30,241 nucleotides of DNA from an uncultured cyanobacterium (GCA_937883785.1 CALGDE010000005.1:1-30241); one strand, 5' to 3'; counted from the stretch's first letter, positions 1-8,155 are shown. Notes: generated by a model not told the origin, from the letters alone. Translations and numbers: made by a program.

Positions 1-308
1 CTCTTACTCAAGCGGCTGGCGTCATAAATTAGACTTTTCAGACGTCCTCTAAGGTGTTCGTGGACCTTCTCCCAAGTGCCATCGTCACGCCACTGAGCAA
101 AGTAGTGATAGACGGTTTTGTACTTGGGGTAATCGTGGGGCAGATAGCTCCAGGGGCAACCACCCACCAACACGTAGAGAATGGCGTTAATCACCTGTCT
201 CAAATCCACACTTCGAGGGCGTCCGCCTAGTTTAGCTGGGGGCAGAAGAGCTTCTAGTAAACTCCATTGGTCGTCAGTAAGGTCGCTGGGATAGGCTTGG
301 TTCATAGC
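1..308 (-). mobile_element. IS5-family (IS427/IS1031-like) transposase gene, N-terminal portion only; the ORF runs off the window start
   Basis: Minus-strand translation from the ATG at 306-308 reads MNQAYPSDLTDDQWSLLEALLPPAKLGGRPRSVDLRQVINAILYVLVGGCPWSYLPHDYPKYKTVYHYFAQWRDDGTWEKVHEHLRGRLKSL... This is the typical HTH (DUF4096-type) N-terminus of IS5-family transposases (LTDEQW..IEPLLP..RGRPR...R.V.NAI.YVLRTGC.WR.LP.DFP.W.TVY.YF..W..DGTWE). It is absent from the ORF track because no stop lies inside the window. Confidence 0.7.
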
Positions 309-363
309 TAATGGGAACTGTGTTTTTTCGTAATTACAGATTAACCTCCGTTAGCTTTCTTAC

Positions 364-380
364 TTTTCAGACGTCCTCTT
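364..380. repeat. 17-bp exact direct copy (cttttcagacgtcctct) of a sequence inside the transposase gene at 34..50; putative IS terminus or transposase-binding repeat
   Basis: Identical 17-mers at 34-50 and 364-380. The second copy lies about 55 bp upstream of the transposase start codon, between the IS and the acsF stop. Confidence 0.5.
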
Positions 381-490
381 AGCGACCACCCGTATCCCAA
401 CCCCCTAAACGTGACAGTCAAAAGCCCCCATCCGCATCCGCAGTTGAGGGCTTCACCTGGTCCGATAATCAGTGGGGGCGGTGGTGTACC

Positions 491-1570
491 TTACCGAACC
501 GGATTTGCTTGGTTCGCCAAATCAGTGCGAATGGGCTTAATAAAGTACATCCGAATTAGGTTGACGCCGGTGTTGATATACAGCGGCAGTTTGCGCACAA
601 ACTTGAGAGCCTTGGGACCGTTAGACTCAGCAATCTCCCCAAGCTTGACGTTGTTAGCTGCACACTTCTCCAGCAAGCCGTAGAAGTTAGGATGATCCAC
701 GTCCAAAACAATGGGGAACACACGACCCGCCGTTTCGTTGGTTTTCTCAATCACCTCTTTGTCGTAGGTGCGCGCATCTATTCCGATGGACTTGTAGAAG
801 CCGCTACGCATCAGGTCATTCAAGTACATGGTGGCGAACACTGACAATAGGAAGAAACGGCACCATAGACGAGCCTTGATTCCGTTTAAAAACTGGGGAT
901 TTGCCTGAAGCAGCGCATCAAAGAAATCGCCGTGGCGGTTCTCATCTTGGCACCAGTTTTCGAAGAAGCGGAAGATCGGGTAAATCTGATCCTCGGGATG
1001 CTGCTCCAAGTGACGATAAATCTTGATGTAGCGCCAGTATCCAATACGCTCCGATAGGTAGGTGGCGTAGAAAATAAACTTAGGTGCAAAGAAGGTGTAT
1101 TTCTTCGACTTAGTTAAGAAGCCCAGGTCCAGTGCCAAATTGAAGTCGGACATGGCTTTGTTGATAAAGCCAGCATGACGAGCTTCATCACGGGACATAA
1201 GCTTGAAACCTTCCGCCAAAATTGGGTTCCGTTCCTTGAGCTTTCGGGACAGCTCTTTGTACAGCAGGAACCCAGAAAATTCGGCGGTGCAGGAACGCTC
1301 TAGGAACTCAATAAATAATTCACGGGTTTCTCCCTGAATTGAATCCCAGGACTTTTCAAATTCGGCGTCGCGCACAAAATGGTGGCGATTGTAGTCCACC
1401 CGAAATTCCTCGATGATGGCTTTCAGCTCATCTTCGTTGACGGAGATGTCCATCTCCGCCATTTCTTCGAAGTCGGTGGTGTAGAAGCGCGGCGCTAAAA
1501 TCGTTTCTTTTGCCGGCGTCTTCGAGTCTACTTTTGGCGACGCTGCCTGCTTTTCGAGGGAGTTAACCAT
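491..1570 (-). CDS. acsF: Mg-protoporphyrin IX monomethyl ester (oxidative) cyclase, aerobic type (AcsF/ChlE)
   Basis: 359-aa ORF with an ATG start. Diiron carboxylate motifs and the characteristic AcsF blocks ([56 protein letters not shown]) are present. Confidence 0.93.
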   Translation of the reverse strand: MVNSLEKQAASPKVDSKTPAKETILAPRFYTTDFEEMAEMDISVNEDELKAIIEEFRVDYNRHHFVRDAEFEKSWDSIQGETRELFIEFLERSCTAEFSGFLLYKELSRKLKERNPILAEGFKLMSRDEARHAGFINKAMSDFNLALDLGFLTKSKKYTFFAPKFIFYATYLSERIGYWRYIKIYRHLEQHPEDQIYPIFRFFENWCQDENRHGDFFDALLQANPQFLNGIKARLWCRFFLLSVFATMYLNDLMRSGFYKSIGIDARTYDKEVIEKTNETAGRVFPIVLDVDHPNFYGLLEKCAANNVKLGEIAESNGPKALKFVRKLPLYINTGVNLIRMYFIKPIRTDLANQANPVR

Positions 1571-1979
1571 GAATATTTACAACTCTATTGAGACTCTAGT
1601 CTTGGTTTTATTTTCGGGTATTCCTAACCCTACACTGCCGGTGGAGCCGCGAGGGCATCAGCCGAACCATTGTTTCTAATACGCCATAGTTTACCAAGGC
1701 TCTTTTATTGCAGTGTGGATTTGACGTTAAGTGTTACTAAAACTTCTTCTTTCCAGTAAGAGTCCTCGCAATTTTTGGGCATGTCACTATTTTTGTTGCC
1801 CCTGCAAACAAGGCGAAAAAGGAGTCCTGTGTGGTTGGCGAAATTACCGAGGGCGGTTGGGTCGGGGACTGTTGAGAAGGTGGTTGGCAGTGCCCAGCGT
1901 TCAGGGGCGGCCGCGCTACAGTTAAAACAAGCAAATTTGTTAAAGCTGCAGGTATGGCGAGTGAAAATGGTGGGCTGAA

Positions 1980-2516
1980 ATGGTGGGAAATATGAACAGG
2001 AGTCGGCGGGCGATCGCCACGAAAAATCCTAAACCCGTGTCGGGACAAACCAGTGTGGGTACCAGCTATCTGCTGTGGTTGGTCTGTCTCTTTGGCGTTT
2101 CCGGCGTCCACCGGTTTTACAACGGCAAAGTGGGGACGGGCATCCTGTGGCTAATCACCTGGGGTTGGTTTGGCTTTGGGCAGTTTATTGATCTGTTTCT
2201 GATTCCGGAAATGGTTGATGAACATAACCTTAAGCGCCGCTCTCTGCTCAGTGGCTACTATCCCGGCGTGGGTAACACTCAGCCCGTGGCGGCGGTGCCA
2301 AAAGCGGAGCCCACCAATGGAGAAATGATGATGCAGTTGGTGCAGGCGGCGAATAAGTATGGCGGCAAATTATCGGTGACCCAAGGGGTCATGGCAACGG
2401 GGCTTGAGTTCGACAAGGTGGAAGAGGTGCTGTCCCAGATGCTGAAGTCTGGCTATGTAAGCATTGGAAATGATCCGAACAGCGGCGTTGTTATTTACGA
2501 CTTCCACGAACTGTAG
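1980..2516 (+). CDS. TM2 domain-containing membrane protein with a C-terminal soluble extension
   Basis: Two predicted TM helices carry the TM2 signature (LWLVCLFGVSGVHRFYNGKVGTGILWLITWGWFGFGQFIDLFL). ATG at 1980, alternative ATG at 1992. Confidence 0.7.
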   Translation: MVGNMNRSRRAIATKNPKPVSGQTSVGTSYLLWLVCLFGVSGVHRFYNGKVGTGILWLITWGWFGFGQFIDLFLIPEMVDEHNLKRRSLLSGYYPGVGNTQPVAAVPKAEPTNGEMMMQLVQAANKYGGKLSVTQGVMATGLEFDKVEEVLSQMLKSGYVSIGNDPNSGVVIYDFHEL

Positions 2517-2558
2517 TGCGCTTCGTCGGCGTTTTTGAAAGAAAACTTCGGGCGCGAT

Positions 2559-3575
2559 TTATCGGTTGCCATAGGGAGGGCGCCCGTTATTTCTCTGGTT
2601 TTTGCTGGACTTTTCCGGTGGACGTTTTTCGTCGTGTTTTTCATAAGCCGCCACAATTCTCTGCACCAGGGGATGGCGCACCACATCCGATTTAGTGAGA
2701 TTGCAAAAGGCGATGCCGTCGGTGCCGTCCAGGATTTTCTGGGCGATCGCCATTCCTGACTGTTGATAACTGGGTAAATCCGTCTGGGTGATATCCCCTG
2801 TTACCACCATGCGCGACTGCCACCCCAAGCGAGTCAACACCATTTTCATTTGAGCCGGCGTGGTATTTTGCGCCTCATCCAAAATCACAAAAGACCGGTT
2901 TAACGTGCGTCCACGCATATAGGCGAGGGGCGCGATCTCGATAATTCCCCGCTCCATCAGACTATTTACTTTTTCTGGATCCACCATTTCGTGGAGAGCG
3001 TCGTACAGTGGGCGCAAATAAGGATCGACTTTTTGCTGCAAATCCCCTGGCAAAAAGCCTAGCCGCTCTCCCGCTTCCACTGCCGGGCGAGTCAAGATAA
3101 GCCGCTCAAATTCACCAGCCAGCAGTGCTTTTAGGGCTAGGATCGCGGCTAAGAACGTTTTTCCCGTTCCTGCCGGTCCAACGCAAAAGATCAGGTCTTG
3201 TTTACGCAGCGCTTGAATATACTGACGCTGGCGAAAAGTCTTGGCGCGAATGACCTCTCCTCGGCGAGTGGTGGCGATCGCGTCCGTTTGAATCGATTGC
3301 AGCTCCGCCTGCCGCTGGGTATCTAGGGCATGGCGGGCGGTCAGAATATCAGCACCATCAACGCGCTGACCTTTGGACCAGTAAGGCTCTAGCGATCGCA
3401 CCAAAGTCTCGCATTGGACCACCTGTTTATCCTGACCGGAAATGCAAACCTGCTGCCCCCGTAGCACCACCGTGGTGCCCGTCAAGCGAGCCAACTGTTT
3501 TAAATTTTCCTCGCGATAGCCTGCCAACGCCACAGCGCTTTCGGGGGTTGGCAATTCCAAATTAAAATTTGCCAA
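2559..3575 (-). CDS. phoH: PhoH-like ATPase (PhoH/YbeZ family)
   Basis: Walker A motif VGPAGTGKTFLA and a PhoH-family C-terminal domain. The ORF begins with TTG at 3573-3575 and there is no upstream in-frame ATG. Confidence 0.88.
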   Translation of the reverse strand: MANFNLELPTPESAVALAGYREENLKQLARLTGTTVVLRGQQVCISGQDKQVVQCETLVRSLEPYWSKGQRVDGADILTARHALDTQRQAELQSIQTDAIATTRRGEVIRAKTFRQRQYIQALRKQDLIFCVGPAGTGKTFLAAILALKALLAGEFERLILTRPAVEAGERLGFLPGDLQQKVDPYLRPLYDALHEMVDPEKVNSLMERGIIEIAPLAYMRGRTLNRSFVILDEAQNTTPAQMKMVLTRLGWQSRMVVTGDITQTDLPSYQQSGMAIAQKILDGTDGIAFCNLTKSDVVRHPLVQRIVAAYEKHDEKRPPEKSSKNQRNNGRPPYGNR

Positions 3576-3699
3576 TGAAATTTTTGCCGACTTTGAACAA
3601 AACCAAACTACTTTCAGACTAGATCATCTGAAATTTTCTAGCCATGAATTTTTGCTCATTGGATCAGCAATGACCCGTGAATGACCATTAATCAAGACA

Positions 3700-4089
3700 C
3701 TATTGCTGATCACGGCGGCGCGGCCGTGGTGTGGAGCGTGATGACGGTCCTCGACGAGGCGATGATCGCCCAGGCCGGTCACCATCCCCTCGACTTTGGG
3801 AGCGTTCCCCATACACTTCCACCGTTGCCCGCTGTCCAGCCACTACTGCCGCTTGACCCACCACAGCTTTCAACGCCTGTAGGGTGCGACCGTCTCTTCC
3901 GAACGCTCGACCGCGATCTTCCGCCGCTAACGCTACTCGAACCCATACGCGATTGCGACTGGGAACCGATTCACAATCAACGGTCAACGAATCTGGTGTA
4001 TCTAATAGCGGCTTAAGAAAAAAACGCACCAACGCTGAATAATCAGGTACGGCTGGATTTTCGGGAGAAGAAGACACAGATCTCACCAT
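3700..4089 (-). CDS. khpA: KH-domain RNA-binding protein (KhpA/YlqC-like) with an Arg/Ser/Pro-rich C-terminal tail
   Basis: The KH core (LVRFFLKPLLDTPDSLTVDCE...VWVRVALAAEDRGRAFGRDGRTLQALKAVV) sits immediately downstream of rpsP on the same strand, as in rpsP-khpA operons. ATG start. Confidence 0.7.
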   Translation of the reverse strand: MVRSVSSSPENPAVPDYSALVRFFLKPLLDTPDSLTVDCESVPSRNRVWVRVALAAEDRGRAFGRDGRTLQALKAVVGQAAVVAGQRATVEVYGERSQSRGDGDRPGRSSPRRGPSSRSTPRPRRRDQQ

Positions 4090-4192
4090 TAACTAAACTG
4101 CCAACACAGCAGGGAAATCACGCTGAGATAGCAATAAGCCCGCTAAGACACACTGCTGAGGTGTCAAAAACTCCCCAAAACAGCCCGTAAGC

Positions 4193-4459
4193 CTAAGCTT
4201 CAGCCTTACTCGCAGTTTTCACCTGTTCAAAAATATTAGCCTTTTCCAAAATGCTGCGAACTGTATCAGTGGGCTGGGCACCCTGCTGCAAACGACGCAC
4301 GATCGCGGGCACTTCTAGGCGCGTCTCATCAGTGCGAGGGTTGTAATATCCCAGCTCCTCCAGGGGGCGACCGTCACGGCGGGAGGTGCTTTGGGCAGCG
4401 ACGATACGGTAGCTAACCTCGCGTTTTTTTCCGAAGCGCTTAAGGCGAATCTTAACCAT
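4193..4459 (-). CDS. rpsP: 30S ribosomal protein S16
   Basis: 88 aa, [43 protein letters not shown]..., canonical S16. ATG start. Confidence 0.95.
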   Translation of the reverse strand: MVKIRLKRFGKKREVSYRIVAAQSTSRRDGRPLEELGYYNPRTDETRLEVPAIVRRLQQGAQPTDTVRSILEKANIFEQVKTASKAEA

Positions 4460-4568
4460 TACTTAGGTGTTGAAGGCGGTATAAACAAATTGACAGACAA
4501 CCATAATACTCCGTCCTGTTCTTTTTCCCCACCGTTCTCTACGGAAAAATGCTGCAAGACAGTGGGCG

Positions 4569-6119
4569 CTACTGTGAGTCCTGTAGGCTAACCAAATCTG
4601 ACAGCAGGTTATTCAAGCTGCCGCGCACTTCAATGCCGTTCACCTTCTCAGCGATGCGCTCTAGCACTTCCATTTCTTTAAGGCGCATGGCCATGGGGTT
4701 GTTTTCCATGACTCGCGCTGTGTTCAACATACTGCGGGTGGCGGCGGTTTCTTCTCGACGGCGGATTACGTTGGCTTGGGCGGATTTTTCCGCTTCCACC
4801 ACCTGGGCCAAAATGGTTTTCATTTCGCCGGGCAGAATGATGTCCTTGACCCCCACTGAGGCGATCGCCACGCCATATTCCTCGGCTTTGGGCTGAATGT
4901 ACTGCAACACTTCCCCATCGATCGCCCCTTTGTCCTCCAGCAATTCATCGAGGGTCTTGGTGCCGATCGCCCCGCGTAACGCAAACTGTAGCTCTTTGTA
5001 GAGATACTCCTGCACGTTTTTCAAGGACGACAGCGCCAAATTGGGATCGGTAATGCGATAGCCAGTGGTGAGGTTTAGGCGCAGAGCCACCTTATCCTTA
5101 GTCAGGATTTCTTGCCCCGACACCTCCAAAACTTGCAGACGTAGGTCAACAACCTCGGTCTTCATAGAGCGTCCCACGGACCACCAGCTATGCCAGCCGG
5201 GCTCGAGAGTCTCCGCTAAGGTGCCCGATTCGTAAAACAAACCTACGTGTTGTGGCGCCACTTCGATCGCCGTCACCAAAGACATTGCCATGCGTTTTAC
5301 GGGGTCGCGTCCCAGAATTAATTCCTTGATTTGGCGATCCGTTAGCTGGGGCTGGTCTTGGGTGTTAATCGCCTCAATGGTCACCCCTTTCCAAAACAGT
5401 CGACGGCTTCCCGGCGGCAGAATATCAATCACGTTGCCCTGGTCGCGCACGATCGCAATTTCCGTTTCGGACAGGGTGGCGATTTCGCAATATTCTTCGA
5501 CAAATTCGGGATGATTGTCGATCAAATTTTCCGTATCTTTGACGGTCAAAATCCCCCCTAGACGGCGACTACGCTGCATATGCAACTCTTGGTTAACGTT
5601 CCAGAATGCATATCTGCCTGGGGTAAGCAATTGTAAAAAATTGCCGTCACGGTAAAGCAATTCCACTTCATCTTCCTGTACGTTGACAAACTGGATAGCG
5701 GGACTTAGCCCTTGACGATGCTGAATTTGAGATACCAGGTTGGTCGAGATTTCTAGGGTGTCGTCCAGGTTAAACCGATGCACCGTAACCGGGTTGGCTC
5801 GATTCCACCCGCGCCAGAATGCCGCCGTTTCGTCCCGCTCCACTACGTACCACTGCAACGGCGTCTTCACCAATGCCGCTTCGTTGTAGCCCGTGCGCAC
5901 AATTTCGCAGTGTTCGGAAAAGGCGTCTCCATGCTCTTGGAGCAAAAACTCCAGGTTGCGCAGGGTTAGCCGCGATTCCTGCACATCAAAAACCTGCACG
6001 TTCCAGCGGCGACCAATGAAGCGGTGGATTCCGGGGTTCAAAATCTGCTTGAAGTCACTGCGGCGGAAGAGCAAACCGCGCTCAGTGGGCTTGATGTAAA
6101 AGGTTTTGAAGAAGAACAT
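4569..6119 (-). CDS. SPFH/band-7 (stomatin/prohibitin-like) protein with a long N-terminal region of four degenerate internal repeats
   Basis: The C-terminal 250 aa is a clear SPFH domain (VVDLRLQVLEV...LRGAIGTKTLDELLEDKGAIDGEVLQYIQPKAEEYGVAIASVGVKDIILPGEM...). The track ORF begins at 6200 with TTG. I prefer the in-frame ATG at 6117-6119 (MFFFKTFYIK), which also avoids overlap with the non-coding repeat array. Confidence 0.8.
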   Translation of the reverse strand: MFFFKTFYIKPTERGLLFRRSDFKQILNPGIHRFIGRRWNVQVFDVQESRLTLRNLEFLLQEHGDAFSEHCEIVRTGYNEAALVKTPLQWYVVERDETAAFWRGWNRANPVTVHRFNLDDTLEISTNLVSQIQHRQGLSPAIQFVNVQEDEVELLYRDGNFLQLLTPGRYAFWNVNQELHMQRSRRLGGILTVKDTENLIDNHPEFVEEYCEIATLSETEIAIVRDQGNVIDILPPGSRRLFWKGVTIEAINTQDQPQLTDRQIKELILGRDPVKRMAMSLVTAIEVAPQHVGLFYESGTLAETLEPGWHSWWSVGRSMKTEVVDLRLQVLEVSGQEILTKDKVALRLNLTTGYRITDPNLALSSLKNVQEYLYKELQFALRGAIGTKTLDELLEDKGAIDGEVLQYIQPKAEEYGVAIASVGVKDIILPGEMKTILAQVVEAEKSAQANVIRRREETAATRSMLNTARVMENNPMAMRLKEMEVLERIAEKVNGIEVRGSLNNLLSDLVSLQDSQ

Positions 6120-6424
6120 GGGAGCAGGAGTCAACAAAAAAATTTTGAAAGGGATGAAGCGATCGCCCCAAACGGAGCCGCAACGGGCGATCACGGTCAA
6201 AGCTCAGGAGAACGGCTGTTTCGCCCGGTAAGCCATAGCAAGCTACGGACAAACCAAAGCTGAAAGAGACCGACTTGTAAACAATGACGGGCTAATCGCG
6301 CGGGTCACTTTTCCGATGCCTACCGCTTCCATTTCCGCCGTTTAACATTGCCGCTCCCGTAGGTTTGGCATTGCTATTCCATTGGATTTGGTGGCGGGTG
6401 GCTCGAGGCGATCGCTCCAGTCCC

Positions 6425-6520
6425 AAAAAACGCGGAGTCGAACCGCAACGCATTTCTGCGTTTTGCCATAGCTCGTTCCGAAGACGAGTGACTTTCCAGT
6501 AGAAAGTCGGGTTAAACCTT
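6425..6520 (-). other. tRNA-like 3' part in module A: hairpin, anticodon-like arm (loop CUUCGGA, anticodon UCG), long variable arm, T-arm GCGG-TTCGACT-CCGC, then a U-run
   Basis: The minus strand reads ...CTCGT CTTCGGA ACGAG CTATGGCAAAACGCAGAAATGCGTT GCGGTTCGACTCCGC GTTTTTTGGG. It has C32, U33 and a purine at 37 like a real anticodon loop. I could not find a pairing 5' acceptor strand. Confidence 0.4.
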
Positions 6521-6535
6521 TTCAGGGTTTGGGGT

Positions 6536-6609
6536 TTAAAAGTGTAGGACTCGAACCTACTACCAATAGATTAAGAATCTATCGCTCTACCAAATGAGCT
6601 AACTTTTGG
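6536..6609 (-). tRNA. tRNA-Lys(CUU)-like gene, module A position 1
   Basis: The minus strand folds with canonical numbering: CAAAAGT TA GCTC-ATTTGGTA-GAGC G ATAGA-TTCTTAA-TCTAT TGGTA GTAGG-TTCGAGT-CCTAC ACTTTTA A. The D-arm and variable loop resemble bacterial tRNA-Lys. The acceptor stem is A/U-rich with a C1:A72 mismatch and CCA is not encoded. Confidence 0.5.
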
Positions 6610-6613
6610 GTTG

Positions 6614-6684
6614 TGGCGGCCAATACGGGAGTCGAACCCGTGTTTCTCGGGCAAAGCCCAGGTGGAACCATTCCACAAAAGAGA
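6614..6684 (-). pseudogene. Defective tRNA-like gene, module A position 2
   Basis: It ends ...ACGGG-TTCGACT-CCCGT ATTGGCC G CCA (T-arm, 3' acceptor strand, encoded CCA). The 5' part (TCTCTTT TG TGGAATGGTTCCACC...) does not pair with the 3' acceptor strand and no anticodon arm is recognisable. Confidence 0.35.
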
Positions 6685-7159
6685 CAGCGCAAACCCTTGG
6701 CATACGCAGGCGCACACAGTGCCGCGCACCGAGTAGGCATACGGAACCAACTCGCAAAGGGTTGTATGACTCTCCCTTCAAACCGTTTAGATCAGCCATG
6801 GCTGTCAATATTCTAAGCTCGGTTTTTGTGAGAGGCGCTGGTTTAAAAATTCTGTTATTTCCCGATGGTCAGTAGGGAGTAGGGATGGAGCGATCGCCCC
6901 AAACGGAGCCATAACGGGCGATCGCGGTCAAAGCTCAGGAGTGCGGCTGTTTCGCCCGGTAAGCCACAGCCAAGCTACGGACAAACCAAAGCTGAAAGAG
7001 ACCGACTCGTAAACAATGACGGGGCGATCGCACGGGTCACTTTTCCGTTGCCCCCGTCCCGTCCCCGCCGGTCCAGCATTACCGCTCCCGTAGGATTGGC
7101 GCTGCTATTCCTTTGGATTTGGTAACGGTGGGCTCGGGGCGATCGCTCCAGTCCCAAAA

Positions 7160-7237
7160 AATGCGGAGTCGAACCGCAACGCATTTCTGCGTTTTGCCAA
7201 TAGCTTGCGTGACAGGCAAGTGCCACCGAAGTGACGT
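7160..7237 (-). other. tRNA-like 3' part in module B: anticodon-like arm CTTGC-CUGUCAC-GCAAG (anticodon GUC), long variable arm, T-arm, U-run
   Basis: Same architecture as in modules A and C, but the anticodon-like stem-loop has a different sequence with compensatory stem changes, and a different upstream hairpin (GTCAC-TTCG-GTGGC). Confidence 0.4.
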
Positions 7238-7324
7238 TGGTTAAAAGACAGGACTTGAACCTGCACGGGCTTTACGCCCAATAGAACCTGAATCTATCGC
7301 CTCTACCAATTTGGCTACTTTTGT
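7238..7324 (-). tRNA. Type-II tRNA-Leu(CAG)-like gene, module B position 1
   Basis: The minus strand reads ACAAAAG TA GCC-AAATTGGTAGA-GGC G ATAGA-TTCAGGT-TCTAT TGGGCGTAAAGCCCGT (long variable arm) GCAGG-TTCAAGT-CCTGT CTTTTAA... The D-arm, anticodon loop and variable arm resemble bacterial tRNA-Leu(CAG). The acceptor stem is irregular, with mismatches at its base. Confidence 0.45.
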
Positions 7325-7400
7325 TGGTTCTCGATGCAGGAGTCGAACCTGCGTCAACTGGCAACTTAAGCCAGCGCGTCACCCGCTGCGCCAATCGAGA
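7325..7400 (-). tRNA. Canonical 76-nt class-I tRNA with anticodon AAG (unusual), a Pro-like D-arm, A73 and encoded CCA, module B position 2
   Basis: Minus strand: TCTCGAT TG GCGC-AGCGGGTGA-CGCG C CTGGC-TTAAGTT-GCCAG TTGAC GCAGG-TTCGACT-CCTGC ATCGAGA A CCA. The acceptor stem is a perfect 7 bp, the T-loop is TTCGACT, and it directly abuts B1 with a 0-1 nt spacer. Confidence 0.55.
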
Positions 7401-7807
7401 GATGTGAACACTTGGAATACGCAGGGGCAATGGATAGCGCCGCGCACCGACCGAGCATACAGAACCCAAGTCATAAAATGCTGCACGGTCACTATTCTAA
7501 GGATTTAAATGGTGGCGTAAAAATTTTGAGAGGGATGGAGCGATCGCCCCAAACGGAGCCGCAACGGGCGATCGCGGTCAAAGCTCAGGAGTACGGCTGT
7601 TTCGCCCGGTAAGCCACAGCCAAGCTACGGACAAATCAAAGCTGAAAGAGACCGACTCGTAAACAATGACGGGGCGATCGCGCGGGTCACTTTTCCGTTG
7701 CCTGCCGCCGCCATACTCGCCGGTCTAGCATTGCCACCCCCGAAGGATTGGCGCTGCTATCCCTTTGGATTTGGTGACGGTGGGCTCGGGGCGATCGCTC
7801 CAGTCCC

Positions 7808-7895
7808 AAAAAATGCGGAGTCGAACCGCAACGCATTTCTGCGTTTTGCCAGGGTCTCGTTTAAAAGACGAGTCAAACCTTTTCAGGGTTTGGGT
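7808..7895 (-). other. tRNA-like 3' part in module C: anticodon-like arm CTCGT-CUUUUAA-ACGAG (anticodon UUU), long variable arm, T-arm, U-run
   Basis: Same architecture as modules A and B. The upstream hairpin AAACC-CTGAAAA-GGTTT is shared with module A. Confidence 0.4.
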
Positions 7896-7970
7896 TGGTT
7901 AAAAGCGCAGGAATCGAACCTGCGAATGACAGAACCAAAATCTGTTGCCTTACCGCTTGGCTAGCTTTTG
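7896..7970 (-). tRNA. tRNA-Gln(UUG)-like gene with A73 and encoded CCA, module C position 1
   Basis: Minus strand: CAAAAGC TA GCC-AAGCGGTAA-GGC A ACAGA-TTTTGGT-TCTGT CATTC GCAGG-TTCGATT-CCTGC GCTTTTA A CCA. The D-arm and variable loop match those of bacterial tRNA-Gln as I remember them. The acceptor stem is A/U-rich with a C1:A72 mismatch. Confidence 0.55.
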
Positions 7971-7972
7971 GG

Positions 7973-8043
7973 ATCTCGATACGGGAATCGAACCCGTGAA
8001 TGCTGGATCCTTCACCAGTGCCTTACCGCTTGGCTAATCGAGA
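7973..8043 (-). pseudogene. Defective tRNA-like gene (4-bp anticodon stem with 8-nt loop), module C position 2
   Basis: Minus strand: TCTCGAT TA GCC-AAGCGGTAA-GGC A CTGG-TGAAGGAT-CCAG CATTC ACGGG-TTCGATT-CCCGT ATCGAGA T. The acceptor stem is the same as B2 and the D-arm and variable loop are Gln-like, but the anticodon arm is aberrant and there is no CCA. Confidence 0.35.
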
Positions 8044-8155
8044 AATGCAAACACTTGGAATACGCAGGAGCAATGGATAGCGCCGCGCACCGACCGGGCA
8101 CACAGAACCCAAGTCAAAAATGCTGCACGCCGATTATTCTAACGAGGACATTTCC

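Larger units (their letters stand above)
6138..8150. repeat. Tandem array of three copies (A 6138..6882, B 6883..7532, C 7533..8150) of a 620-730-bp module. Each holds a conserved roughly 400-bp HIP1-containing core, a tRNA-like 3' part and two abutting tRNA(-like) genes on the minus strand
   Basis: Copies align directly by eye. Each starts gggatg(a/g)agcgatcgccccaaacggagcc(g/a)(c/t)aacgggcgatc.cggtcaaagctcaggag... The core, T-arm element, leader and tail are about 90% identical between copies, while the two tRNA bodies are unrelated between copies. A 1-nt indel between copies argues the core is non-coding. Confidence 0.9.

Noticed and set aside
411-1089. Track ORFs 411..683+, 556..750- and 886..1089-
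   Set aside because: They overlap the well-supported acsF CDS and have no recognisable features.
4569-6200. Initially suspected the signal recognition particle protein Ffh, because ffh often sits next to rpsP
   Set aside because: There is no GTPase G-domain or M-domain. The C-terminal half is clearly an SPFH/band-7 domain.
6614-6700. Considered whether tRNA-like A2 could be a tRNA-Sec, a tmRNA 3' domain, or an intron-containing tRNA
   Set aside because: No UCA anticodon, no extended acceptor stem, no pairing partner for the 3' acceptor strand ATTGGCC, and no tag reading frame. Best described as a defective tRNA-like body.
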